NCBI GenBank assembly: GCA_001771545.1
Contig: MEUC01000029.1
Coordinates: 1,445 to 65,444 of the forward strand
Length of the DNA stretch: 64,000 bases
DNA from: a candidate division WOR-1 bacterium RIFOXYB2_FULL_42_35
Lineage (GTDB): Bacteria; Margulisbacteria; WOR-1; O2-12-FULL-45-9
Direction: 5' to 3'
Position 1 is the first letter of the stretch; the number at the start of each line of letters is the position of its first letter. Positions 50,333-60,418 of this stretch are shown one piece after another. The notes under the pieces are model-generated. The model searched no databases and was not told where the DNA came from. It saw only the letters and a program-made list of their open reading frames with translations. Position numbers and translations under genes: made by a program.

Positions 50333-51303
50333 GCACCCAATTAAAAACCCAACCAAAGGTCCAAAAGATTACTAAAGATAAAAATCCCCTATTTGACTTA
50401 ATCATCCTTGGTGGCGGACCAGCCGGATTAACGGCCGCCCTCTACGCCTTAAGGGCAAAATTAAACGTTGTTTTAATCGAAAAAATGATCTTGGGTGGAA
50501 CAGTAACCAGCACCTTTCAAATCGAAAATTATCCTGGTTTTCCCGAAGGCCTCTCCGGCATGGAACTTAGCAACCTGATGCAGGAACAGGTAAAAAAGCT
50601 CAATCTAGAGATTAAATGGGGCAATGCAAGTTCTATTAAAAAAGTTGGCAATCAATTCGATGTTCAAGTAGATGGAAAAGCTATTTCTGCCAAAGCAGTA
50701 ATTATCGCGACCGGAACGGAAGCCTCTAAAATGGGGATCCCGGGCGAAGACAAGTTTCGCGGCCGCGGCGTCTCCTACTGCGCAACCTGCGACGGCCCTT
50801 TTTATAAAGATAAGAATATTGCTGTTTTGGGTGGTGGTAATTCCGCTATTGAGGAAGCGCTCTTTTTAACCCGTTACGCCAAGAAAGTCTTTATTATTCA
50901 TCGTCGCGATGAACTTAGGGCAGACAAGATCCTAGCAGACCGCGCTATGGCCAATCATAAAATATATTTTCTCTGGCATTCGACGCTTAAAGAGATAAAG
51001 GGCAAAGAGAAGGTCGGTGAAATTGTGCTCAAAGATTTACAATCAGAAAAACTATCCAAACTCCAGATTGACGGGGTTTTTGTCTATATTGGCAGCAAAC
51101 CAAACTCTGACCTAGTTAAAGAAACTGTCAAATTAGACAAGAAAAACTATATTGTTACTGACGAAAGCATGCAAACCTCTGTACCGGGAATCTTTGCGGC
51201 TGGGGATATTAGGGTTAAACATCTACGACAAATAGTAACTGCTGCTGCCGACGGGGCCATTGCGGCTGAAGCTGCCAGGGAGTACATAGAAAAATTGCAG
51301 TAG
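50329..51303 (+). CDS. trxB: Thioredoxin-disulfide reductase.
   Basis: GGGPAG FAD motif, CATC redox centre, GGGNSA NADPH motif. Confidence 0.9.
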   Translation: MSTQLKTQPKVQKITKDKNPLFDLIILGGGPAGLTAALYALRAKLNVVLIEKMILGGTVTSTFQIENYPGFPEGLSGMELSNLMQEQVKKLNLEIKWGNASSIKKVGNQFDVQVDGKAISAKAVIIATGTEASKMGIPGEDKFRGRGVSYCATCDGPFYKDKNIAVLGGGNSAIEEALFLTRYAKKVFIIHRRDELRADKILADRAMANHKIYFLWHSTLKEIKGKEKVGEIVLKDLQSEKLSKLQIDGVFVYIGSKPNSDLVKETVKLDKKNYIVTDESMQTSVPGIFAAGDIRVKHLRQIVTAAADGAIAAEAAREYIEKLQ

Positions 51304-51305
51304 TC

Positions 51306-53735
51306 TTACTTCTTCGCCACTTTGATAATCTTCTTAACCAAACCAACCGCTCCCACGGCATCCATACTATATGAAGCGCCGATGCGGTCGGCATAACCTT
51401 TGGTAACCACGGCCCCACCGACTAAAAGAGGAATATCAAGCTTAGCAGCTTTTAACTGATCGTTAACCACCCCCATTTCAACCATTGTTGTAGTTAAAAG
51501 GGCTGAAAGAGCAATCGCATTAGGTTTTTCGGCTTTGGCAACTTTAACAATTTCTTCCGGCGCAACGTCTTTGCCAAGATCAATTACTACAAAACCATGA
51601 TTCTCTAGCAACATCTTAACAATGTTTTTACCAATATCGTGAATGTCTCCCTTAACCGTGGCTAAAACTATTTTCCCTTTGATTTTAACTTTATCTTGAG
51701 GGATATTAGCTTTACAAATAGCAAAACCAGCACTCATTGATTCGGCTGATTCTATAACCTGGGGCAAAAAATATTGACCACCAGAAAACTTTTTGCCAAC
51801 TACCTCCATGCCTGGAACTAAACCAAGATTTATTACCTTCTGCGGATCATATTTTTTTTCGATCGCCTGCTTAACCAAAACTTCTACGGCTTCCAGATTC
51901 CCGTCAATTACAGCTTCTTTAATGTCCTGATAGCCTGTGAACTTGATCTCCTTAACACTCGCCTCCCTCTTCTTCTCTGCTGGCTTGCCAGACCTCTTTG
52001 CCTTATCAACCTCCGCCTTAAACTTTCTTAACAGCTCTTCCCTTGCAACCGCCTTCTTGGCCTTAAAGGCCTTTAAGACCTTCCGTACCTCAGCATCACC
52101 AACATCAATTATCGCGGCGTCAAGTCCATAAGACAAAGCTAACTGAAAATAGAGCGCGTTTAATTTAGAACGATTGGGCATGCCATGAGAAACGTTACTA
52201 ATGCCCAGAATAGTTTTAACCCCAAATCTTTCTTTGATCATGGGTATTGCTTTAAGGGCTTCTAAGCAAGGCTGAATCCCCACTCCTGCAGTCATCACCA
52301 GGTTATCAACAAAGATGTCTCCTTTGGCAATGCCTACAGCCTGGGCTGTGTGAACAATTTTTTCGGCAATACGCAAGCGATCAGCTGCAGAATTAGGCAT
52401 ACCATGCTCATCGAGGGTTAAAGCAATAATTGCTGCCCCGTATCTTTTGGCCAGAGGAATGATTTTTTCTAAACTTTCTTTTTTGCCGCTAACAGAATTT
52501 AACAATGCCCGACCACAAAAAACCTTTAAACCAGCCTCTAGGGCAGCAACACTGGGAGAATCTATTGAAAGAGGCAGATCAGAAGCTGATTGAACTATTT
52601 TAACAGCCTGATGCATTACTGCTGACTCCACAATATCACGAGTGGAAATGTTCACATCCAAGAGATCAGCTTTGGCCTTTGTCTGACCGGCAGCTTCAGA
52701 ACGCATAATCCGCGTCTTGCCTCCCCTAATCTCTTCTTGAAAAATCTTTCGACCAGTTGGATTGATCCTCTCGCCAACCAGAAAGGGTTTATCGGCGACT
52801 TCAACAACTTTGGTTCGACTGGCAAATTTTGTGCTTTGAATTTGTGATTTTTGATTTGTTTGGGGTTTAGAATTTAGAACTTTGGATTTCACGGCTTGGA
52901 TATGCTCCGGCGTAGTCCCACAACACCCGCCAATTATCCTAACGCCTAGCTTTGCAAATTTTTCCGCATACGCCCCAAACTGTCTAGCAGTCATTTTGTA
53001 AATAGCTTTATCACCAACAAGCTCTGGCATACCCGCATTAGGCATGACCATGACTGGCAATTTTGTGCAAGCAAGTAATCTTCCGGCAACCTTGAGCATG
53101 CCTTGGGGTCCGGTGGAACAGTTGGCAGAAACAATATCAACCCCCAAAGCTTCGAGAACCACAACTGCAACTTCAGGGGGAGTGCCATAAATAGTTTTTT
53201 CCACATCATCGTAGGTCATACTCGCAATAACAGGCAACTTGGTTTCGTTCTTAACTGCAATAACAGCTGCCCGCATTTCTTGCAGATCAGAAATAGTTTC
53301 CACACAAATGACATCAACCCCACCCTCTTCCAGCGCTTTGGCTTGCTCGGCAAAAGCAGCGTAAGCTTGATCAAAAGTAACATCTCCTAATGGATCAATT
53401 AGTTTTCCTAAAGGACCAATTGAACCGGAAACAAAACCTTTCACTCCGACAACTTTTCTGGCCAGTTTGGTAGCAGCAATATTTATCTCTTTAACTTTTT
53501 TCTCTGATTTATAATCGGCTAACTTAATGGCGTTAGCGCCAAAAGTGTTAGTTTCTAAAATATCAGCACCAGCCTCAACATAAGCCTTGTGGATAGACTG
53601 GACTAATTCAGGTCGTTTTAAATTTTGCAGATCAAAGCAATCTTCTGGCTTAACACCACCATTCATCAATTGTGTGCCCATGGCACCATCAATGACTAAG
53701 ATTCTTTTATTTAAAGCTTCTAAAAACCTACTCAT
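51306..53735 (-). CDS. metH: Cobalamin-dependent methionine synthase with Hcy, pterin and B12 domains. There is no C-terminal reactivation domain.
   Basis: Hcy-binding GGCCGTTP, a pterin-binding barrel, and the B12-binding DxHxxG motif (GDIHDIGKN). Confidence 0.8.
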   Translation of the reverse strand: MSRFLEALNKRILVIDGAMGTQLMNGGVKPEDCFDLQNLKRPELVQSIHKAYVEAGADILETNTFGANAIKLADYKSEKKVKEINIAATKLARKVVGVKGFVSGSIGPLGKLIDPLGDVTFDQAYAAFAEQAKALEEGGVDVICVETISDLQEMRAAVIAVKNETKLPVIASMTYDDVEKTIYGTPPEVAVVVLEALGVDIVSANCSTGPQGMLKVAGRLLACTKLPVMVMPNAGMPELVGDKAIYKMTARQFGAYAEKFAKLGVRIIGGCCGTTPEHIQAVKSKVLNSKPQTNQKSQIQSTKFASRTKVVEVADKPFLVGERINPTGRKIFQEEIRGGKTRIMRSEAAGQTKAKADLLDVNISTRDIVESAVMHQAVKIVQSASDLPLSIDSPSVAALEAGLKVFCGRALLNSVSGKKESLEKIIPLAKRYGAAIIALTLDEHGMPNSAADRLRIAEKIVHTAQAVGIAKGDIFVDNLVMTAGVGIQPCLEALKAIPMIKERFGVKTILGISNVSHGMPNRSKLNALYFQLALSYGLDAAIIDVGDAEVRKVLKAFKAKKAVAREELLRKFKAEVDKAKRSGKPAEKKREASVKEIKFTGYQDIKEAVIDGNLEAVEVLVKQAIEKKYDPQKVINLGLVPGMEVVGKKFSGGQYFLPQVIESAESMSAGFAICKANIPQDKVKIKGKIVLATVKGDIHDIGKNIVKMLLENHGFVVIDLGKDVAPEEIVKVAKAEKPNAIALSALLTTTMVEMGVVNDQLKAAKLDIPLLVGGAVVTKGYADRIGASYSMDAVGAVGLVKKIIKVAKK
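52827..52895. repeat. Heptamer-type repeat tract lying in frame in the metH interdomain linker. It encodes KSKVLNSKPQTNQKSQIQSTK.
   Basis: ctttgaatttgtgatttttgatttgtttggggtttagaatttagaactttggatttcac. Confidence 0.6.
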
Positions 53736-54144
53736 TAGGATCTTTCCTCATAATAATGGCATCTTCACGATTGTCCTGGTAATAATTTTTTCTTAAACCA
53801 ACGTTTTTGAAACCATATTGTTCATAAAGGTTGCGAGCAGCAAGGTTTGAGACCCTAACCTCAAGAAAAAAAACATCATTACTATTGATAACCTTTTCGA
53901 TCAGGCTTTTGCCAATCCCTTTTCGACGGCAATCAGGATGAACAGCCATATTAATGACATGCTTTTCACCGGCAATATCTTCTATGCCAATATAGCCGAC
54001 GATTTTGTCAGCTTCTTTAGCCACTAAATACTTCTTTTCATCATCCCGAAAAATCTGTTCCGGCTTAGGGACAACAAAAGAGCCCTTTTCAATGGCAAAG
54101 ACTGTAGCAATATCGCTGTCAAGCATAGGGGAAATGGTTAACAT
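53728..54144 (-). CDS. rimI: Ribosomal-protein-alanine N-acetyltransferase (GNAT).
   Basis: …RRKGIGKSLIEKVI… in the operon context with tsaB. Confidence 0.75.
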   Translation of the reverse strand: MLTISPMLDSDIATVFAIEKGSFVVPKPEQIFRDDEKKYLVAKEADKIVGYIGIEDIAGEKHVINMAVHPDCRRKGIGKSLIEKVINSNDVFFLEVRVSNLAARNLYEQYGFKNVGLRKNYYQDNREDAIIMRKDPNE

Positions 54145-54195
54145 GAAAAGATTATAGCATAAATCTTAGGATACCGAGGATCTCTCTTAGATTAA

Positions 54196-54324
54196 GGAAA
54201 TAGGGTTATGGGCGTAGAAGCCGGTATGGAAATTGGAAATGGAAAATTGAAGTTGGGTTAATCAAACATCCAATTCCAGCTTCTACTATCAATACTGGCA
54301 TCCTAACCCAACACCCAATTTCCA
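54196..54324. repeat. ~130-bp palindromic element (copy 2 of 2). Homologous to 7911-8046.
   Basis: AATAGGGTTATGGG…GGTATGGAAATTGGA…TTCCAGCTTC…ATACTGGCATC…ACCCAA. Confidence 0.7.
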
Positions 54325-54333
54325 ATTAAAAAA

Positions 54334-54942
54334 CTAAGACGTTTTGAAAACTCTAATATTAGGCATATGTGAATACTGTGGCACTAACTTAAGCGGGTCA
54401 GCAGTTTCTCCGGCTTTAATTTTTAATAACCCCAACCGAGCAACATTGATCCCATAAGGATGATATTTGGATCCATCAACAACCTTTAGTTCGCCGGTAA
54501 CATTAGACAAGAACTCTTTAATTTTAGCTTCCGTTAAAACCAAATCATCAGTTAATCTTTTCAACTGACCTTGATGCGCCCCAAAAAGAGCAAAATTAAA
54601 CTCATCCATTCTGGCATCTAACTTAACCGCCATAGTTCCCTCGAAATCTATCAAGTTATAAGCAATTGCTGCCAAGGTTGATACACCAACCAGGGGAACT
54701 TTTAAGGTTTGAGCTAAAGATTTGGCAGTAGCTAGCCCTCCCCGTAAACCAGAATAAGATCCCGGACCTTGAGCAACAGCAATACCTTCAATTTGTTCCG
54801 GTTTAATCCCGGCTGCTTCAACATAGAAAACAATCTTTTCTGCCGCCATATCAGCAATCGTTGTTTCAAGCAATACCTGATCGTCATCAATCAAGCCGAT
54901 ACTGACAACCTTTGTTGCGCTGCTGATGCCTAAGATTTTCAT
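54334..54942 (-). CDS. tsaB: tRNA threonylcarbamoyladenosine biosynthesis protein TsaB.
   Basis: MKILGISSATKVVSIGL… (YeaZ fold). Confidence 0.8.
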   Translation of the reverse strand: MKILGISSATKVVSIGLIDDDQVLLETTIADMAAEKIVFYVEAAGIKPEQIEGIAVAQGPGSYSGLRGGLATAKSLAQTLKVPLVGVSTLAAIAYNLIDFEGTMAVKLDARMDEFNFALFGAHQGQLKRLTDDLVLTEAKIKEFLSNVTGELKVVDGSKYHPYGINVARLGLLKIKAGETADPLKLVPQYSHMPNIRVFKTS

Positions 54943-54959
54943 GATAAACCTCGTTTCTT

Positions 54960-55140
54960 AAGGGAGTTAAGGCCTTTATGGTTTTTATGGGAGTAAAGGC
55001 TTTTAAGGGATTAAGGGTTTTAAAGGCTTTGTAAGACAAGGGGGAGAAATTCCGCCCTTTATCTTTAATTACCTAACAGCCTTAATACCTCAACTGCCCT
55101 TATTACCTTAAAGGTCCTAAAAGCCTTCACCACCTTATTT
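54960..55140. repeat. Periodic TTAAGG/CCTTAA-type low-complexity palindromic tract.
   Basis: GGCCTTTATGG-TTTTTATGG-GAGTAAAGG-CTTTTAAGG-GATTAAGG-GTTTTAAAGG… followed by the inverse CCTTAA… units. Confidence 0.55.
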
Positions 55141-55166
55141 TACAAGTATAACAAAATCTGAAATTT

Positions 55167-56339
55167 TTGGCGAATTGTAGCGATAAAGGAATAGAGGACA
55201 TTATGCTTGTTAGAAAAATTTATCCTGGTGCTTCAGTTTTGGCTTTAACATCTAAAGCCTCAACTCTCGATATTCTGCAAAAAGCTGTCAGTGAACTAGG
55301 GAAAGTTCTCCCTAGAAGAGCAAAACATATTAGAATGGTTGTTCAATCTCAAGAAGCTTTAGCCAGAAGAGATGTTGATTTCTTTTTTGCAAGATTACCA
55401 CAAGAACTAAAAACCCAGGAGCAAACGAAACTTGGCTTATCCCCAGCCCAATATAAACATAGGTTCACAGAAATTATGCAATATTTCTTTGACAAGCACA
55501 AAAGATTGTCAGAAAAACACAAAGAACTCCTCGAATTGGCTACCTGGGCTCATGACCTGGGGGTTCCCCTTGGCATTGAACAAGAACATAGTCTTAATGG
55601 GGCAAAAATAATTGGAAAATTAATCAGAGATAAAAGCTTAGCTAATAAAATTGGTTCCTTAATTCTTTTTCACGGTCTACATGCAGGCTTATCTTGTTAT
55701 TTTTTCCCCAGAGATTTATATAAACTGCCACAAAAATTGCAGCCAACATTATTTCTTTTGGACTTTTGTGATGCAACCGCAAGAATTGACTTTAACAATA
55801 ACCCTTTTAACCCCATTGGTTTAGAATTGATGGAATACTATTTAAATATTTCCACCCCAAAAGGCCTCAAACACCTCGAAAATCCAGAGAAGTTACTGGA
55901 TTTACGTTTGCGTTATGGGTTTGGTTTTGTCATCTTTCAAGGCAAGTTATCAAAAGAAGATAAGACAACTATGTTTGAAGAGGGAAAAAGACAAACTGTT
56001 CCACTTTCCCCAAGCGAATTAACAACTTTCTATGGCTCTCTTTTTCGCTCTACTTTTTCAAATCTCTTATTCCCCACCCTTGATTCAACACAAGAACGCG
56101 CCCAAGCAATGATAGGGATTAAACAAGTTTACAATCAAGCACACATGCAGGGAGAAGTTGTTCTGTGGCCTGACATAGATATCGGAGAGAGGTTTATCGC
56201 TGATGGAGGTGTAAATACATTTGTTAGTAGATACAAAGAACACATTAGACAACATGGCATAGCAACTCTATTATCAGCCAAACCAGAGAAAAGAACCCTT
56301 TTGTTTATGGTTTCAAGATTATATCCGGAAAAAAAATAA
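55167..56339 (+). CDS. Hypothetical protein, possibly HD-domain.
   Basis: 390-aa ORF. The …LATWAHDLGVPLG… stretch is weakly HD-like. Confidence 0.4.
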   Translation: MANCSDKGIEDIMLVRKIYPGASVLALTSKASTLDILQKAVSELGKVLPRRAKHIRMVVQSQEALARRDVDFFFARLPQELKTQEQTKLGLSPAQYKHRFTEIMQYFFDKHKRLSEKHKELLELATWAHDLGVPLGIEQEHSLNGAKIIGKLIRDKSLANKIGSLILFHGLHAGLSCYFFPRDLYKLPQKLQPTLFLLDFCDATARIDFNNNPFNPIGLELMEYYLNISTPKGLKHLENPEKLLDLRLRYGFGFVIFQGKLSKEDKTTMFEEGKRQTVPLSPSELTTFYGSLFRSTFSNLLFPTLDSTQERAQAMIGIKQVYNQAHMQGEVVLWPDIDIGERFIADGGVNTFVSRYKEHIRQHGIATLLSAKPEKRTLLFMVSRLYPEKK

Positions 56340-56733
56340 AACGTCTCTCATCTTCAGACATAACCTTAATCTCAATTGATTTAATGTTACTCGGCCTCAG
56401 CTCCCCCAACCTCTCAGCCCATTCGATCACACAAACCCCACCCTTAGAAAAATATTCTTGAATCCCCAGATCTTCTATTGCCCCCGGAGTTTCTAGACGA
56501 TATAAATCTATATGATAAAGAGGAATTCTGCCTTGATGTTCATTGATAATAATAAAAGTTGGTGAGGTAACGTACTCTTTAACACCTAAACCTTGGGCAA
56601 TCCCTTGAGCTAAAGTAGTTTTCCCTGCTCCCAAATCACCAATCAAAGCAACAACATCATTAGGTTGGAGGGTTTTACCAATCTTGCGGCCAAGCTCAAC
56701 AGTTTCTTCAGTACTTTTAGTAATAAATTTCAT
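56305..56733 (-). CDS. tsaE: tRNA t6A biosynthesis ATPase TsaE.
   Basis: GDLGAGKTTLAQGI P-loop. The start was placed at the internal Met. Confidence 0.8.
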   Translation of the reverse strand: MKFITKSTEETVELGRKIGKTLQPNDVVALIGDLGAGKTTLAQGIAQGLGVKEYVTSPTFIIINEHQGRIPLYHIDLYRLETPGAIEDLGIQEYFSKGGVCVIEWAERLGELRPSNIKSIEIKVMSEDERRFIFFPDIILKP

Positions 56734-56774
56734 TAGTGAGCGCGCAGCGCTGAATTCGAGATTCGGACCCAATC

Positions 56775-57449
56775 TCACCAACGCTCAAAATCGTCGTCCC
56801 TGGCTCCCTTGATCTCCTTAAAGCCAGGCAAATCATCATCATAAGTGGCCCCCTGATCGGCTTTTCTCTCATCATAAAGGCTATCAATACTCTTTTCCAA
56901 AATCGGATGCAGCAGATTAGGCGCCACCTCGCGCAAAGGTCGCAAAACAAAGAGCCGTTCGTGCATTAAAGGATGAGGAATCTGGAGATTTTTTTCTGAA
57001 ATAATTTCTCCGTCATAGAGCAGGATGTCAATATCAATAGTTCTAGGTCCCCATTCAACTTCTCGTTCTCGCCCCAGGGCCGCTTCTATTTCCTGGCAAC
57101 TCTCAAGGAGTTGTTGTGGAGTCAACTTTGTCTTGATTTCTAAAACAGCGTTAATAAAGGGCGGCTGACTGCCCTGCCCCCCCTCGGCCTCTGTTTCATA
57201 ATTAGAAGAGTGTTTAACCCCTTCAATCTTTGGGTTCTTTTCTAAAAGAAAAATAGCTTGCTCAATATACTCTTCCCGATCACCGACGTTTGAACCTAAG
57301 CCCAAATAAGCAATCGCTACACTATTTTTACTTTTTTTCTTGTTTTTTGCCACTACTTTCTCAACAGCTTTTCTAGTGATTTTTTTTACCTGCCCCTTCG
57401 ACTTCCCCTTTATCTTAGTCTTAGCCTGCTTTATTTTTTTCTTAACCAT
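56775..57449 (-). CDS. folK: 6-hydroxymethyl-7,8-dihydropterin pyrophosphokinase with a Lys-rich N-terminal extension.
   Basis: …IAYLGLGSNVGDRE…WGPRTIDIDIL…. Confidence 0.8.
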   Translation of the reverse strand: MVKKKIKQAKTKIKGKSKGQVKKITRKAVEKVVAKNKKKSKNSVAIAYLGLGSNVGDREEYIEQAIFLLEKNPKIEGVKHSSNYETEAEGGQGSQPPFINAVLEIKTKLTPQQLLESCQEIEAALGREREVEWGPRTIDIDILLYDGEIISEKNLQIPHPLMHERLFVLRPLREVAPNLLHPILEKSIDSLYDERKADQGATYDDDLPGFKEIKGARDDDFERW

Positions 57450-57468
57450 CCTACTTCCTCCCTTAAAC

Positions 57469-58665
57469 TTAAGTTTTTACTATGGCATCAGTCATCTTTG
57501 CAACCAGCACCATTTCTTTGACATCATGAACACGAATTATGTTCGCCCCATTTGCAATCGCCAGAGCAGCTGTAACAGCTGATCCTTCTAGCCGCTGCTC
57601 AACCGGTAAATCAAGAACTTTTCCAATTAAGGATTTTCGTGAGGTCCCGATAAGAATAGGACATCCCAAACTTTTTAGCTCTCTTAATCGCTTAATTATC
57701 TCCAGGTTATGTTGAACCGTTTTACCAAAACCGATCCCCGGATCAACAACAATTTTCTCATGTAGTATACCAGCCTTCTTAGCAATTTCAAGCCCTGCGG
57801 AAAGATACTCGACAATGTCCCCTAACAAATCTTTATAGCTAGGATTCTCTTGCATTGTCTTTGGTTGGCCGAAAATATGCATGAGACAAATTGGCACCTT
57901 ATATTTTGCTACTACCTCAGCCATGGCCGGATCACTGTGCAAGCCAGAAATATCGTTAACCATCGCTGCACCCGCTGAAAGCGCAGCGGAAGCAACCTCT
58001 GCTTTGGTAGTATCGATAGAAACCAAGCAGCCTGTTTCCTTGACAAGTTTTTCAATCACAGGCAAAACTCGCCTCTTTTCTTCTTCGATAGGAACAGGAT
58101 CAGAACCGGGGCGAGTAGATTCCCCCCCAACATCAATAATATCCGCCCCAGCAGCTAACATGGCTTTAGCTTGTTTAACAGCTTCATCAATCCGAAGAAA
58201 TTTACCTCCATCAGAAAAAGAATCTGGGGTAATATTCAGAACTCCCATGATATAAGTCTTTTGTTTAAAATCCCAAACTTGCTGACCAATCTGCAATAAT
58301 TTGGGCGGCGATCCATAATTAGCCAAAGTCTGACTAATCTCATCGGCAAGAGCTGGTAAGCCAAACTGGTGCTGCTGCAACTTAACAATTAACATTTGTA
58401 ATTGTCTTAGCGTCCCAAAGACTAAAACATCCGTTGTTTCTACCGATTGATTAATTGAACCATACGCAGTGGCTGCTTCACCACCAAAAGAAAGCATTTC
58501 CTGTTTAATAATATTAGCAGCCACCGGCCTGAGGTTTTTTAATTTTAAAACCCGCCGAATCGCCTTTGGGGTCATAAGTTCTACCCCCTTAGGGTCAACA
58601 CTAATACCAAGGAGTTCTTTTTTGGCTTCCAAAACATTAGCCAGCTCAATTATGCGGGGAATCAT
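57469..58665 (-). CDS. folP: Dihydropteroate synthase with a ~120-aa N-terminal extra domain.
   Basis: MGVLNITPDSFSDGG…DVGGESTRPG…. Confidence 0.8.
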   Translation of the reverse strand: MIPRIIELANVLEAKKELLGISVDPKGVELMTPKAIRRVLKLKNLRPVAANIIKQEMLSFGGEAATAYGSINQSVETTDVLVFGTLRQLQMLIVKLQQHQFGLPALADEISQTLANYGSPPKLLQIGQQVWDFKQKTYIMGVLNITPDSFSDGGKFLRIDEAVKQAKAMLAAGADIIDVGGESTRPGSDPVPIEEEKRRVLPVIEKLVKETGCLVSIDTTKAEVASAALSAGAAMVNDISGLHSDPAMAEVVAKYKVPICLMHIFGQPKTMQENPSYKDLLGDIVEYLSAGLEIAKKAGILHEKIVVDPGIGFGKTVQHNLEIIKRLRELKSLGCPILIGTSRKSLIGKVLDLPVEQRLEGSAVTAALAIANGANIIRVHDVKEMVLVAKMTDAIVKT

Positions 58666-60035
58666 TGCAGTGTTAGCCTGACTACTTTTCTACTGTTTTT
58701 TTTAACTTTAACCCGTTCATCAATGCGCATCCCCCCCACCCAAACAATATCTTTGCCACTAGTTACAATAGGGATCGTATCACGCACTTCTTCAGGGACT
58801 TTTTCGTCAATTAAAAAATCCTGAATTTTTTTGGAGCCACGCATACCTAAAGGAGAAAAACTATCGCCTTCACTTCTACTGCGCACAATTAGCTTTTTAG
58901 CCAGGAAATCGTGATCAAGAAAAGCAATTTCAGGATCTTCGCCCAACTCTTTTCTCCCTATTACTTCGGCCACAAGTCTTTTACCAATCTCCTTGATTTC
59001 AATTTCTCCTGGAACAGTAAGGGTGTAGCAAAAAGTGACCGGTTCTATTTTATTGGGCTTGTTGCGACTAAGGGTTAGTATTCCCCGATTGCCAAGGACA
59101 AAAGCTCCTCCGGGTAAATGCAATTCCCATTTTTCTTCGGCATCAAGCTTAGCCAAAATGTCCTGAATATGAGAATAGGAAAAGTCCAACAGGTCGCCTT
59201 TAAGCTCATAAATTGCCCGCCTTAAAACATGGCCTTGGATGGGCAACTCTGCTTCTTTTAACCTGGCAATTTTTAATTGCAGCTCATCTTGGCCACGAGA
59301 TAAAATAACCTCATTAAGAACTTTTTCCGCTTTAGCCTCAAGGTAGGCCTTATCCTCAGTTAACAATAAAATGGTCTGTAAGATAATTTCTTTAATGTTT
59401 AAATTGTAAAGCTTCAACTGGGGAATCAGCTTCATTCTGACCCGGCTACGCATATATTTAGATTCATAGTTGGTGTAATCGCGGCGGGGAACCAGCTTTA
59501 AACTGCCAACATAGTCCTCAATCTGCCGGCGCCACAACCTGATCATGGGACGGATAATCATGCCCCGTTTGGCAGGTATACCACACAGGCCCTTAATGCC
59601 TGAACCTCGCAATAAGCGCATCAAGAAAGTTTCAACATTGTCATCCGCAGTATGTCCCACAGCGATCTTATTAGCACCAATCCGCTCAGCTACCCGTTCT
59701 AGAAAACCATAGCGAACCTTTCTGGCCGCTGCCTCAATCCCAAGTTTATGTGTTTTAGCAAACTCTGCCACATCAATAGCCTCAACTATGGCAGGAATGC
59801 CTAAGCTTTGAGAAATATTTTGCACATAGCGCACATCGAGCTCTGCATCATTCTTACGCAAGAGATGATTCAAATGGGCAACGTGCAGTTTTAATTTGAA
59901 TTGTTCTTGACAGGAAGCTAAAAGATTAAGCAAGGCAACGGAATCCGCCCCTCCCGATACCGCTGCCAAAACCGTATCCCCTTTCTTAAACATCTTAAAC
60001 TCATTAACTGTTTCGATGAATTTTTCTTTGATCAT
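58662..60035 (-). CDS. tilS: tRNA(Ile)-lysidine synthetase.
   Basis: PP-loop AVSGGADSVALL. Confidence 0.85.
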   Translation of the reverse strand: MIKEKFIETVNEFKMFKKGDTVLAAVSGGADSVALLNLLASCQEQFKLKLHVAHLNHLLRKNDAELDVRYVQNISQSLGIPAIVEAIDVAEFAKTHKLGIEAAARKVRYGFLERVAERIGANKIAVGHTADDNVETFLMRLLRGSGIKGLCGIPAKRGMIIRPMIRLWRRQIEDYVGSLKLVPRRDYTNYESKYMRSRVRMKLIPQLKLYNLNIKEIILQTILLLTEDKAYLEAKAEKVLNEVILSRGQDELQLKIARLKEAELPIQGHVLRRAIYELKGDLLDFSYSHIQDILAKLDAEEKWELHLPGGAFVLGNRGILTLSRNKPNKIEPVTFCYTLTVPGEIEIKEIGKRLVAEVIGRKELGEDPEIAFLDHDFLAKKLIVRSRSEGDSFSPLGMRGSKKIQDFLIDEKVPEEVRDTIPIVTSGKDIVWVGGMRIDERVKVKKNSRKVVRLTLQ

Positions 60036-60322
60036 TTTGCTCCTATTGCCTGGTGGGCACGAAAAACAGCATAAGCCATCATCATAAATATTGCTAAACG
60101 TTCAATTAATTCACTTGGAACCCTGGCTCCTATTTTCCATAAAAGATTATCTAACAATCGAACAGTAAAAAAGAGTGCAAAAAAACAGAGCCAAAGAATA
60201 AAGGCCTTCCTAGCTTGTTGATTAAGATATCCAGCCCTGTTATTATCGCTTAAAACAAGATAAATGGCCGGGATACCGGTCAAATATGCAGATAAAACAA
60301 GAATTTTCTTTTTAAAATCCAT
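60032..60322 (-). CDS. Hypothetical small membrane protein.
   Basis: Two or three predicted TM helices. Translationally coupled to tilS. Confidence 0.35.
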   Translation of the reverse strand: MDFKKKILVLSAYLTGIPAIYLVLSDNNRAGYLNQQARKAFILWLCFFALFFTVRLLDNLLWKIGARVPSELIERLAIFMMMAYAVFRAHQAIGAK

Positions 60323-60418
60323 GACAACCTTTTTCTACTCCTTGTCCTGCTCCTTTTCTAAAAGACCCAGGTACAGGACGAGGACGAAAACAAGGACTAG
60401 GATCAAGAACAGGGTAAA

